From: Candidatus Bathyarchaeota archaeon
Lineage (GTDB): Archaea > Thermoproteota > Bathyarchaeia > Bathyarchaeales > Bathycorpusculaceae
Assembly (NCBI GenBank): GCA_963827165.1
Contig: CAWGZR010000005.1
Location: 32,001-96,000 of the forward strand
Direction: 5' to 3'
Length of the DNA: 64,000 bases
The position numbers were made by a program, and so were the translations under genes. This document shows, in pieces, positions 50,760 through 60,589 of this stretch. The notes beneath the pieces were generated by a model. The model made no database searches and was not told the DNA's origin. It was given only the letters and a program-made list of their open reading frames with translations. Positions within the stretch are counted from its first letter, which is position 1. Each line of letters opens with the position of its first letter.

Positions 50760-52070
50760 TTGGGCTTGCGAGCCTTCATTGAACAACTAGAAGATAACGG
50801 TCAATTAACCAAAATCCGAAAGCCCGTATCCACAGAATACGAATTAGCAGGTGTTATAAATGCGCTGGGCGAGAAGCCCGTTTATTTTGAGAACATTAAG
50901 GAGTCACCGTACCCTGTCGTTGCAGGGCTTGTTTCATCCAAAGAGCTTATTGCAATGTCGCTTGGCATTCAAAAAGACAGATTGCTTCCTAAATTATCTA
51001 GAGCCATCGAACATCCCGAGCCGCCGCAAACGGTCAGCAATGGTGAATGCCAAGAAGTGGTAGAGTCAAACGTTGACTTAACCAAGCTTCCAATAATGCG
51101 TTACACCGAAAAAGATGGGGGAAAATACATCGCCTCAGCCACAACTATAATTGAGGATCCTCAGTTAGGAAGAAACATGTGTTTTCACCGTCTCATGCTT
51201 AAAGATAAAAACCACTTCGTCGCCCGCATCGTCGAAGACCGCGGAACCGATACAGCACTCAAAAAGTCAGGCGGCGAACTCGACATAGCAATCTGCATCG
51301 GGAACTCGACTGCCGTTTTGTTGTCAGCTGCTACGTCGCTGCCAAAAGGCGTGGATGAACTGGGAATGGCAAACGCTCTGGAGAAGACCAAGTTGGCGAA
51401 GTGCAAAACAGTCAATTTAGAGGTGCCTGCGGACTGCGAGTTTGTTCTTGAAGGCAGAATCACCAAAGAGAAAACTACTGAAGGACCATTTCTGGATTTA
51501 ACGGGTGTTGTCGACCGCGTTCGTCAGCAGCCAATTATAGAAATCAAATGCATCACGCACCGAAAAAACCCGATTTACCAGACAATTCTCGCAGGTAAAA
51601 ACGAGCACAAGTTCCTTATGGGCATGCCCAAGGAACCCACGATTTACAATGAAGTTAACAAGGTTTGCCAATGTAGAGATGTCTATATCACGCCCGGCGG
51701 ATGCAGTTGGCTCCACGCTGTCGTTCAGATAAAGAAACAAAATGCTGATGATGGCAAAAAAGCGATTGCCGCCGCCTTTGAAGGGCATAAATCGCTCAAA
51801 CACGTGGTGATCGTCGACGATGATATTAACATTTATGACTCCAACGAGGTGGAGTGGGCGATCGCGACAAGATTCCAGGCGGACAAGAACTCGGTTATAT
51901 TGTCAAACCAGCCGGGCTCTTCACTTGACCCTTCAGGCGACCTGAGTGAAGGCAAGAAAGCAACCACAGCCAAGGCAGGGTTAGATGCAACCATCCCGCT
52001 TGTTGCAACGGGCAAAGGATTCAAGAAAGAAGAATACGTCGAAGTAAACTTGAACAAGTACCGGGGATAA
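50760..52070 (+). CDS. UbiD-family decarboxylase, probable trans-anhydromevalonate phosphate decarboxylase
   Basis: EGPF, VDDDI, WAIATRFQ, SLDPS; adjacent to AcnX genes within the MVA cluster. Confidence 0.88.
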   Translation: MGLRAFIEQLEDNGQLTKIRKPVSTEYELAGVINALGEKPVYFENIKESPYPVVAGLVSSKELIAMSLGIQKDRLLPKLSRAIEHPEPPQTVSNGECQEVVESNVDLTKLPIMRYTEKDGGKYIASATTIIEDPQLGRNMCFHRLMLKDKNHFVARIVEDRGTDTALKKSGGELDIAICIGNSTAVLLSAATSLPKGVDELGMANALEKTKLAKCKTVNLEVPADCEFVLEGRITKEKTTEGPFLDLTGVVDRVRQQPIIEIKCITHRKNPIYQTILAGKNEHKFLMGMPKEPTIYNEVNKVCQCRDVYITPGGCSWLHAVVQIKKQNADDGKKAIAAAFEGHKSLKHVVIVDDDINIYDSNEVEWAIATRFQADKNSVILSNQPGSSLDPSGDLSEGKKATTAKAGLDATIPLVATGKGFKKEEYVEVNLNKYRG

Positions 52071-52072
52071 AT

Positions 52073-53272
52073 ATGTATTTAACTAAGCAAGAACAGAAAA
52101 TGCTCGACGGCGCCGAAGGCTACTCGGTACGGAAAAGCATGGAGATTCTCGTTGCGTTGGGCGAAATTTACGGCGCAAAAAGCCTCATCAAAATTGGCAG
52201 CGTCCAAGTGTCAGGAGTCTCATACAACAACCTCGGCGACGCCGGACTGGAATTTCTTGACGAATTGGCAAAAGACGGCAAAGTCCGTGTGCTCACAACA
52301 CTCAACCCGGCGGGGATGGATTTGGAAAACTGGCGCAACCTGGGCATTAGCCCAGAATTTGCTGAAAAACAAAACCTTATCATAAAAGCCTTCGAGAAAA
52401 TGGGGATACTCGTCAGCTGCACCTGCACACCCTACCTCATCGGCAACCTGCCTCTTTTCGGCGAACACATTGCCTGGTCTGAAAGCTCAGCCGTCACGTT
52501 CGCCAACTCCGTAATCGGAGCGAAAACGAACAAAGAAGGCGGACCATCTGCGTTGGCTGCGGCATTCGTCGGCAAAACACCGTGCTATGGGCTACATATG
52601 GATGAGAACCGCGTTCCCGACGTCCACGTAGAGGTCAAAGCGGAATTTACGAAGCTTTCAGACTGGGGCGCACTAGGTTACGCGGTCGGTAAGATGGCAG
52701 AAAACAAAATTCCCTATATCACAGGCATAAAAACCGCGGATCTTGACGAGCTTAAATCTTTCTGCGCCTCCGTTGTGACTTATGGCGCTAAGCCCATGTT
52801 TTACATCAAAGGCATAACGCCCGCGTCAGAACAACAAACGATTCCAAACTCGAAGGTGACAATCGAGCAAACTGACATCAAAAACGCTTACGACAACATC
52901 AATGATCAGGTAAGCGACATCGAACTCGTCTGCGTCGGCTGTCCACATTGCTCAATTAACGAAATTGCCAAAGTCGCAGAGTTGGTCGAATGCAAGAAGG
53001 TTGCTGGGGGCACTGAGTTTTGGGTTGCAACTTCCCGAACGGCAAAGCAGCTCGCAGACAAGCGCGGCTACACCCAAATCATAGAGGCGGCGGGTGGCAA
53101 ATTCGCATGCGACACATGCATGGCTGTAGCTCCTCTCAAAGGCAGGTTCAAATCGCTGGCGACAACGTCAGCAAAGGGATGCTTTTACTCGAGACAGAAC
53201 CTCATGAAAACCAAGATGGGGAGCATAGAAGAATGCGTTCAGGCGGCGGTGACCGGGAAATGGAGCAGTTGA
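52073..53272 (+). CDS. Aconitase X large subunit, probable phosphomevalonate dehydratase L
   Basis: CTCTPY, WSESSA..FANSV.GA.TN, GCPH, DTC. Confidence 0.9.
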   Translation: MYLTKQEQKMLDGAEGYSVRKSMEILVALGEIYGAKSLIKIGSVQVSGVSYNNLGDAGLEFLDELAKDGKVRVLTTLNPAGMDLENWRNLGISPEFAEKQNLIIKAFEKMGILVSCTCTPYLIGNLPLFGEHIAWSESSAVTFANSVIGAKTNKEGGPSALAAAFVGKTPCYGLHMDENRVPDVHVEVKAEFTKLSDWGALGYAVGKMAENKIPYITGIKTADLDELKSFCASVVTYGAKPMFYIKGITPASEQQTIPNSKVTIEQTDIKNAYDNINDQVSDIELVCVGCPHCSINEIAKVAELVECKKVAGGTEFWVATSRTAKQLADKRGYTQIIEAAGGKFACDTCMAVAPLKGRFKSLATTSAKGCFYSRQNLMKTKMGSIEECVQAAVTGKWSS

Positions 53273-53667
53273 AGGGCAGAATAATCTACAAAGGCAAAGC
53301 CGAAGGCGAAGCACTCGTCTCTAGTCAGCCTATCTCTTTCTACGGCGGCGTCGACCCAACAACGGGAGTCGTAATCGAGAAAGGGCATGAGCTGCAGGGT
53401 CAAAGCGTCAAAGGCAAAATGTTGGTGTTCCCAACAGGCAAAGGCTCAACGGTCGGCTCCTACACGCTGTATCGCATGAAGAAGAACGGCACGGCACCAG
53501 CGGGCATTATAAATAGGGAATGCGAAACTGTGGTTGCAGTCGGCGTCATAATTAGCGAAATCCCATGCGTAGACAAAATTGAAATCTCAAAAATCAAAAC
53601 GGGCGAAAAAATCCAAATTGAAAACGACTGCATAAGCGCATTGCAAACGGTTAACCCTGTTTCTTAG
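53260..53667 (+). CDS. Aconitase X swivel (DUF126) subunit, probable phosphomevalonate dehydratase S
   Basis: ISFYGGVDP.TG, GKGSTVGS; ATG at 53260. Confidence 0.9.
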   Translation: MEQLKGRIIYKGKAEGEALVSSQPISFYGGVDPTTGVVIEKGHELQGQSVKGKMLVFPTGKGSTVGSYTLYRMKKNGTAPAGIINRECETVVAVGVIISEIPCVDKIEISKIKTGEKIQIENDCISALQTVNPVS

Positions 53668-53724
53668 GCTTAACAAATTTCTTCAGACATTTTCAAAATA
53701 GTATCGGTCGAACCCAGACAGTCT

Positions 53725-54396
53725 TTAGAGAGACATATCGTTTTTTATCCGGCTTAGATGGGTTACGAAGAATGCGGATATTACGCCTATCCAGAGAAGA
53801 ATGGAACCAAGGAAAAGCCGTTCGGTGATCCCGCCAATTCTGGAGTTTAGATGAGGCAGTAGGAAAGGCAACCCAAACTCAATCGCCCAAAGAACCACTA
53901 CAATCATCGCCAGCTGTTGCGCGATACGTTCTAATCCGTTAAACTTTTGGTTTTGCCCCAGTTTCTGCGAGATGGCAACTGTTCCGAAGGCTCCACCGAT
54001 GAAGGCGATAATTGCGACGACAAGATGAATCGTGCCATGCCACGATACGGGCGTTGCTGGGACATCAGTTGGGAATGCCGCCAAAAGTAGTGCTCCAACA
54101 GCCCATATGCCAAGCAGGTATGTTCCTGTTCGAAATTGATTCCGTGCAACCCCATGGTAATCGAGTGTTTTGAGGAAAGCAAAAATGAACAAGAGTGAGA
54201 GCACTCCGCGGTTGAGGAAGTTTATGGTCATTATGAAGCCGAATTCCCCTACTGCAAGGTCGCTTTCTTCTTGGCTGATTGGGCTGTAATGCGGTGGCAA
54301 TAGCTGAACCACCACATCAAGAACCACGTACAGAATTACTTGAACCGTCGAAGGAAAGGGAGTTAAACTTATCGCTTGGCCACCTGCGTCAACCAA
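53725..54396 (-). CDS. DUF998 family membrane protein
   Basis: YSPISQ.ESDLAVG, FPTD, G.IH, GITER. Confidence 0.8.
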   Translation of the reverse strand: MVDAGGQAISLTPFPSTVQVILYVVLDVVVQLLPPHYSPISQEESDLAVGEFGFIMTINFLNRGVLSLLFIFAFLKTLDYHGVARNQFRTGTYLLGIWAVGALLLAAFPTDVPATPVSWHGTIHLVVAIIAFIGGAFGTVAISQKLGQNQKFNGLERIAQQLAMIVVVLWAIEFGLPFLLPHLNSRIGGITERLFLGSILLWIGVISAFFVTHLSRIKNDMSL

Positions 54397-54452
54397 CAGT
54401 TACCTTTTTCTCAGGGCTCAAAGTTGTCCAAAGAATAAGCTTTCCGAGTTTT

Positions 54453-54905
54453 TTAGTCGATAGGTTTGTTCCATCCGCCGTTGCTGAATCTTCCAAGGCA
54501 GCCAAAAGGAAACGCGAGCAGCAGGTCGATTATTGCGATGACCGGCAGAAACACTATGTTGAAAGTGACCTGCAATACGAGGTTGAGAGCGGAAAACGCC
54601 AAGACCAGAAGCAGCCCGTTGAGCCAGATACCCACTTGCCAACCTTTAGTTTTGTGCAGGCTGTTGATTAACGCAATGTTCACCGCGCCAAGGACCAGCG
54701 GCTGAGCAAAATAACTGATGGCAAGGAAGAATGCGAAGCCCAGAGGCGGCATGTAGCTTAAGAAGCCGGTTTGCGAGCCAACTAGCCAAGCCTGAAACAC
54801 GATCAGAATTACGACTGTCACCAAACCTTGAACGAGAAGTTTCTCCCACAAACGCATGTTCTTGAAGCGGTCAAACATTTTGCTTTCACTTCGCATTTTC
54901 TGCAA
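54453..54905 (-). CDS. Multi-TM membrane protein
   Basis: About four hydrophobic helices; true start may be further downstream. Confidence 0.7.
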   Translation of the reverse strand: MQKMRSESKMFDRFKNMRLWEKLLVQGLVTVVILIVFQAWLVGSQTGFLSYMPPLGFAFFLAISYFAQPLVLGAVNIALINSLHKTKGWQVGIWLNGLLLVLAFSALNLVLQVTFNIVFLPVIAIIDLLLAFPFGCLGRFSNGGWNKPID

Positions 54906-55806
54906 TCCAATTAGCTACAGCTGTTTCTGTTGGGGTTCCCCGAATCCCGTAGTTATCGTAGGCGCTGTTCCAGTACACGATCCAGCATCCTTTAAGCCCC
55001 ATGCTTTTGAAAAGGTTCAAGCCGCTGATGATATAGTTGGTTTGGGCGGCGCTGTCACTTGTCGACATGCCAAACTCAGTTATCACCACGTTCTTATGGG
55101 TGATTTGCTGCAGGTTTTGGATGAAAAGCGGAGAGAGCACTAGGAATGAATTCATGTAGACGTCTAAGCCCACGAAATTGAGTTTTTGGCTGAATTCGAC
55201 CGGAAGGTTACTTCTTACCACGTAGCCGATTCCGAAGTTCGTGTAAAGCTTTGCTGATAAGTGATGGGCTTCGACTGCCGCGTAGACGCTGTCGAAGTGG
55301 GATATGATTTCGTCATCGGTGAAGAGGGCGCCTGCGGTCCAGCTTGATGAGGTTTCAGGTTCATTCATGATTTGGATGTATGTCAGGTTGCCGCCCCATC
55401 GGTTGAGGTATAAGTTTACGTTTGCAATGGATTCATCGTTTGGAATTACAACAGCCACTGCCAATCCATAATAATTCGTGGCTTGGAAGAGCATATCTGT
55501 TTTCTGGTCGTTATTATCGTCGAAGTATGGCGGGAAGTTGACACGTATAACTTTGAAGCCGACATTGTGGATCTGCGCGACTTGCCCGTAGACGTCACCT
55601 AGGTTGTCCTGTTCGTAAACATAGTGTATACCAACTTGAAAAGAAGAGTTCGAGTTACCGTTGGCAGACACATAATAGTCGTAAGGGTAGAAAAGCATAA
55701 CGAAAACGAACATAACACATAGCGTAATGACAATTAGGTTTTTGACCAAGCTTTTGTTCGTGAACCTGACTAAACCTTGGACAAGGTTCGAAGCAGGCTT
55801 CCCCAT
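54886..55806 (-). CDS. Membrane-anchored clan GH-A-like glycoside hydrolase
   Basis: N-terminal TM, NEP acid/base motif, ITEFG nucleophile motif. Confidence 0.75.
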   Translation of the reverse strand: MGKPASNLVQGLVRFTNKSLVKNLIVITLCVMFVFVMLFYPYDYYVSANGNSNSSFQVGIHYVYEQDNLGDVYGQVAQIHNVGFKVIRVNFPPYFDDNNDQKTDMLFQATNYYGLAVAVVIPNDESIANVNLYLNRWGGNLTYIQIMNEPETSSSWTAGALFTDDEIISHFDSVYAAVEAHHLSAKLYTNFGIGYVVRSNLPVEFSQKLNFVGLDVYMNSFLVLSPLFIQNLQQITHKNVVITEFGMSTSDSAAQTNYIISGLNLFKSMGLKGCWIVYWNSAYDNYGIRGTPTETAVANWIAENAK

Positions 55807-55885
55807 AGCCTATGTTGTCTACGAATCGCCTTTTAAGTTTTAATGAAACAAAACCAAAAAAACAGCCTGGAAGCATTGATCAGCA

Positions 55886-57478
55886 GTGTTTCCTGCAAAA
55901 GTAATTTATATTTTAAGAGCCTATAGCGCATGCAGGGTTAGCATGAAACGCCTCGCCTGCATCCTCTTAATCTTGACGATTTCGATCAGCGGGCTACTTG
56001 TCCAAAACGCTCATTCACAATATCAGCCCACTGGAAGCGTAACCATAAATTCCAACACTGAATGGACCGTTGCGCAGAGCCCAATTAATTTTAACGCGAC
56101 AGTAACAGTAAACAGCAACGCGACTTTAACAATTGACCCAGGAGTTACGGTCAACTTGGGAATGAACTATTTGTTCATTAATGGAGCGTTAACTGCCCAA
56201 GGCCAAGCAAACAATCGGATCATTTTCGAATCGAACGCAAATCAAACTTCACAAATCACCCCAAGTGAACCGATATATTTTAGCCAAGGAAGCACACCAT
56301 GGAATAGCGAAAACAACTCGGGGTCAATCATCCAAAACGCCGTTTTAAACTCGGTAAGCGTTAACATCGAGGGCGCATCGCCAGAAATAGACAGCTGTGT
56401 TTTCAATTATGTCACCCCATTTGAGCCGCCCATCAGCGTTAGCAGCGGTTCACCTCAAATCTCAAACAACATCATAAATTACAATGTTCAAAGTTCCGGC
56501 TTCATTCTCACTTTCATAAGCGTCTTCGGCGGAACACCCTTGATAACCAACAACCAGTTTGAGGGAGCCTTCTCCGGCCAAACCAACATCGGCATACAAG
56601 TTACTTCAGGAGCCCCGGTTATAAGTGGCAACACTTTCGCCGCTCAGTACGGCAACAATAGCAACGGAATAAAAGTAACTTCGGGAACTCCTCAAATATC
56701 AAGCAACCAATTCAACGGCGAGGGATGGCTAACAGGAATCGATGACTCCTCCACCGCCCCCTTCACCGTTTCAAACAACGTGTTTTCGAACTGCTTAGCT
56801 GGAATCAATGTTAAATCAGCGGGTGGGCTAAGTGTTCAGGGCAACACGTTCTCGAAAGGAACCGACGGCTTAGATATTTTCACTGGAGCATCTGTGACAA
56901 TCACCAACAACCTGATCGACGGCAACTCTCGCTATGGAATCAACGGAGGTGGAACCATAACTTCCAACACAATTACCAACAACCAAATCGGAATCCACAA
57001 CCCTCAGGCGGGCATAATTAGCGACAACAACATTGTTGGTAACACACAAAACAGTATAACCGCCGCGGCAGTAAGTATTGATGCACAGAACAATTGGTGG
57101 GGAATTTCCGACCCAGCAACTATCAACCAGACAATCTACGACTCAAAAGATGATTACCACCTTGGTACAATACGATTTGCCCCCTTCTTGACTCAGCCCA
57201 GCACTTCAGCGCCACCTATCCCCAACTATACACCGACCGTTACGCCTGATCCACAAGCAACCCAAACCCCAACACAACCCCCGACTCAGCCACCCCCAGA
57301 ACCACCCACGCCTTCGCCGATTCAATACTCTCAAACATTCGCTTATCAAGTTGGCAACCTAATAAATCTGAATCTAATAGTCACCGCGATTGCGATTGGA
57401 CTTGCTATTGTATGGGTAACTGTTATTTTGGGGTATGCCGCTAGAAGAGGCATTTCGAAATTAAAGGCTAAGAAATGA
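55886..57478 (+). CDS. Right-handed parallel beta-helix surface protein with Pro/Thr linker and TM anchor
   Basis: Repeated ISNN/ITNN rungs, AQNNWWG, PT-rich linker, C-terminal TM; start probably ATG at 55943. Confidence 0.85.
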   Translation: MFPAKVIYILRAYSACRVSMKRLACILLILTISISGLLVQNAHSQYQPTGSVTINSNTEWTVAQSPINFNATVTVNSNATLTIDPGVTVNLGMNYLFINGALTAQGQANNRIIFESNANQTSQITPSEPIYFSQGSTPWNSENNSGSIIQNAVLNSVSVNIEGASPEIDSCVFNYVTPFEPPISVSSGSPQISNNIINYNVQSSGFILTFISVFGGTPLITNNQFEGAFSGQTNIGIQVTSGAPVISGNTFAAQYGNNSNGIKVTSGTPQISSNQFNGEGWLTGIDDSSTAPFTVSNNVFSNCLAGINVKSAGGLSVQGNTFSKGTDGLDIFTGASVTITNNLIDGNSRYGINGGGTITSNTITNNQIGIHNPQAGIISDNNIVGNTQNSITAAAVSIDAQNNWWGISDPATINQTIYDSKDDYHLGTIRFAPFLTQPSTSAPPIPNYTPTVTPDPQATQTPTQPPTQPPPEPPTPSPIQYSQTFAYQVGNLINLNLIVTAIAIGLAIVWVTVILGYAARRGISKLKAKK

Positions 57479-57620
57479 ATCTTTAAGTTTTTCTGCCGAG
57501 TGGAACAGCCAAAATTTGAGATAGCAGTTTTTTTCGCCTTTAAAAAATTGTTGTCTTTTTTTGTTCTCGGTAATCCTTTTCAATGAGTGATTTGATATTT
57601 CATGTAAAGGTTGATGAAAA

Positions 57621-58421
57621 TTGAACGACACGAAACCAGTAATCCTAAAAATCGGCGGATCAGCCATCACCGATAAGACAGGAGAATTAGCCGCTAAAAC
57701 AGAAATCATAAACCGCTTAGCTGAGGAAATCAAGCGGGCAGATCTTGACAACCTGATAATTGTTCACGGCGGCGGAAGTTTCGGACACCCAACGGCGGCG
57801 AAGTACGGCATAAAAGATGGGTACAAAGAGGACCCAACTCAAAAACTTGGTTTCGCTGAAACACATCATGTAATGACGGTTTTAAACGGGCTGGTTATGG
57901 ATGCACTTATTTGGCATGAAATTCCAGCGATAAGCATCGCGCCATCATCTTGCTTCATAAGTGAAAACGGGAAAATCAAGTTCTTTGACGATTCAGTGCT
58001 TCAGGCAATGGCTAAAATGACGTTTACACCAGTTATGTACGGGGATGCAGTGTTGGATGAAAAACTGGGTTTCACAGTTATTTCAGGCGACCAGTTGGTT
58101 GCTTACTTGGCAATCAAATATAAGGCTCAAAAAATTGTCATAGGCGCCGACACCGACGGCTTGTTTGACGCTGACCCGAAGACTAACCCTGATGCAAAGC
58201 CGTATAAGCATTTGACGTTGGCTGAGCTTAAGCAGATTCAACCTAAACTAGGCAAGTCAGCGGGCACAGACGTTACAGGCGGAATGGCGGGCAAAATAGC
58301 CGAGCTTATACCGGCTATTGAGCAGGGTGTTCATGTCACGGTTACGGGAGCTACGAAGGGATTATCTATTTACAGAGCCCTAACAGACCAAAGTGTTTTA
58401 GGCACCGAAATCGAGAAGTAA
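57621..58421 (+). CDS. ipk: Isopentenyl phosphate kinase
   Basis: KIGGSAITDK, VHGGGSFGH, SGD, DVTGGM. Confidence 0.93.
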   Translation: MNDTKPVILKIGGSAITDKTGELAAKTEIINRLAEEIKRADLDNLIIVHGGGSFGHPTAAKYGIKDGYKEDPTQKLGFAETHHVMTVLNGLVMDALIWHEIPAISIAPSSCFISENGKIKFFDDSVLQAMAKMTFTPVMYGDAVLDEKLGFTVISGDQLVAYLAIKYKAQKIVIGADTDGLFDADPKTNPDAKPYKHLTLAELKQIQPKLGKSAGTDVTGGMAGKIAELIPAIEQGVHVTVTGATKGLSIYRALTDQSVLGTEIEK

Positions 58422-58425
58422 CGTT

Positions 58426-59526
58426 ATGGTTGAAGAAACGGAGAATCGCAAGGCAGATCATATAAGGATTTGCCTAGAACAAAAAGCGCAAGCCAAGAAA
58501 GCCACCTCAGGTTTCGAAGACATCCAACTAATCCACCGAGCCCTTCCGGAGCTTGACCGGGAAAAAATAAGTTTATCAACATTATTTTTCGACAAAAAAC
58601 TTTCAGCTCCGATAATCGTCGGAGCGATGACTGGTGGAACGCGGGAAGCCATAAAAATTAACGATTCAATCGCGCAAACAGTCGAAAAGCTCCATCTAGG
58701 CATGGGAGTTGGAAGCCAAAGAGCAGCTATCGAAAACAAGAAGCTCGAAGGCACATACGCGATAGCACGCAAAAAAGCGCCGACAGCCTTCTTGATCGCA
58801 AATATCGGAGGAGTTCAACTCGCGCACGGATACGGCTTAAAGGAAGCGAAGAAAGCTGTAGAAATGATAGAGGCGGATGCATTGGCAATTCATATGAACC
58901 CGTTGCAGGAAGCGATTCAACCCGAAGGACAAACTAATTTCAAAGATGTCCTCTCAAAAATCGGTGAAATTGCTGCTGGTCTAAATGTACCCGTCATCGT
59001 TAAGGAGACGGGCTGCGGAATTTCTGCGGAAGACGCAAAAGCGTTGGAGGCGGCGGGCGTGAAAGCCATCGACGTTGGTGGAGTCGGTGGGACAAGTTTC
59101 GCAGCAGTTGAATATTACCGTTCGGCTAATGGAAAAACGATGGATAAAGATTTCTGGGACTGGGGAATCCCCACGGCAATAAGCCTGATTGAAACAACTC
59201 AAACCGTAAAGATTCCAGTAATAGCTTCAGGCGGAGTTCGAAACGGCTTAGACATAGCAAAGTCAATCGCGTTAAATGCAAGTTTAGCCAGTTTATCCCA
59301 ACCGGTGCTTGAAGCCGCCACAAAAGGAATCAAAGAAACTGAAGAAGTGCTATCATGCTTGATCGATGAACTGCGTAACGTTATGTTTCTGGTCGGCGCC
59401 AAAAACCTTGAGTCTCTCGCAAAGGTGCCAGTGGTGGTAACGGGAAAGACAACAGAGTGGCTGAACATTCGAGATTTCGATACGACAAATTACGCGCAGA
59501 GGAGACCCGCACCTTTTGAATATTGA
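58426..59526 (+). CDS. fni: Type 2 isopentenyl-diphosphate isomerase
   Basis: RKADHI, AMTGG, GVGSQR, HMNPLQE, KETGCG. Confidence 0.96.
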   Translation: MVEETENRKADHIRICLEQKAQAKKATSGFEDIQLIHRALPELDREKISLSTLFFDKKLSAPIIVGAMTGGTREAIKINDSIAQTVEKLHLGMGVGSQRAAIENKKLEGTYAIARKKAPTAFLIANIGGVQLAHGYGLKEAKKAVEMIEADALAIHMNPLQEAIQPEGQTNFKDVLSKIGEIAAGLNVPVIVKETGCGISAEDAKALEAAGVKAIDVGGVGGTSFAAVEYYRSANGKTMDKDFWDWGIPTAISLIETTQTVKIPVIASGGVRNGLDIAKSIALNASLASLSQPVLEAATKGIKETEEVLSCLIDELRNVMFLVGAKNLESLAKVPVVVTGKTTEWLNIRDFDTTNYAQRRPAPFEY

Positions 59527-60586
59527 AAAGTTTCTTGAAGAAAAGGCACCCTTAATCGACAAAGCCATCGAAAAATACATCCCTAGAAAATTCACGAAAG
59601 ATTCGGTTCTTTTTAAAGTTGACCAACCAATGTACAGCTACAACATAGAACCTCTTAACAAGGCAATTGCGGAACCGATTTGGGATATGCTGGATCGGGG
59701 CGGAAAAAGGTGGCGTCCAGCGCTTTTTTTGCTGATATGTGAGGCACTTGGTGATAACTCAGATTTCTGCTTGGACTTTTCGATTATTCCAGAAGTCATC
59801 CATAACGGAACATTGGTGATTGATGACATCGAGGACGCATCGGAACTTAGAAGGGGTAAACCATGCACCTACAAAATCTTCCAAATGGACATTGCGGTTA
59901 ATGCTGGAAACGCCATGTACTATCTTCCTCTTCTGCCGCTGATGATGCAGAGAACAAAAATTGCACCCGAGAAGCAGCGGGATGTCTACGAAGTTTATGT
60001 TCAAGAAATGATTAACCTCAGTCTGGGACAAGCCATGGATATCGCCTGGCACAGAGGAATAGCCAACGCTGACCAGTTGCGCGAAGAAGATTACCTGCAA
60101 ATGTGCGCTTACAAAACAGGCACCCTTGCACGGATGGCGGCGAAAATGGCCGCAGTGCTCGCAGGCGCAGATAAGCCCCTGGTTGATAAGCTTGGACGAC
60201 TAGCGGAAAGCATTGGGGTTGCCTTTCAAATGCAGGATGACATTTTGGATTTGACTGGCGTTGATTTTGCGAAAAATAAGGGCGGTGTTGGGCAAGACAT
60301 CACAGAGGGCAAACGGAGCTTGATGGTTATATTCACGCTTGAAAAGGCAAATAGCGCCGACAGGAAGCGTCTTATAGAAATTCTCAACATGCATACTTCC
60401 GATCGGGCGCTACGTGACGAAGCCATCGCCTTGATGCAAAAGTACAAAGCCATAGAACACGTCAAACTTACTGCGGAACGAATGGTTGAGGAAAGCTGGG
60501 TTGAAACTGAGAAGCTGCTGCCGACACCTCAAGCTAAGGAAAAATTAAAAGCGTTCGCTGAATTCCTGATTAAAAGAAGCAAGTAG
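59516..60586 (+). CDS. Polyprenyl (geranylgeranyl) diphosphate synthase
   Basis: GGKRWRP, DDIED..RRG, KTG, FQMQDDILD. Confidence 0.93.
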   Translation: MNIEKFLEEKAPLIDKAIEKYIPRKFTKDSVLFKVDQPMYSYNIEPLNKAIAEPIWDMLDRGGKRWRPALFLLICEALGDNSDFCLDFSIIPEVIHNGTLVIDDIEDASELRRGKPCTYKIFQMDIAVNAGNAMYYLPLLPLMMQRTKIAPEKQRDVYEVYVQEMINLSLGQAMDIAWHRGIANADQLREEDYLQMCAYKTGTLARMAAKMAAVLAGADKPLVDKLGRLAESIGVAFQMQDDILDLTGVDFAKNKGGVGQDITEGKRSLMVIFTLEKANSADRKRLIEILNMHTSDRALRDEAIALMQKYKAIEHVKLTAERMVEESWVETEKLLPTPQAKEKLKAFAEFLIKRSK

Positions 60587-60589
60587 TTT

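Noticed and set aside
53020-53259. N-terminal extension of the AcnX small subunit
   Set aside because: Overlaps the large-subunit gene; family similarity begins at ATG 53260
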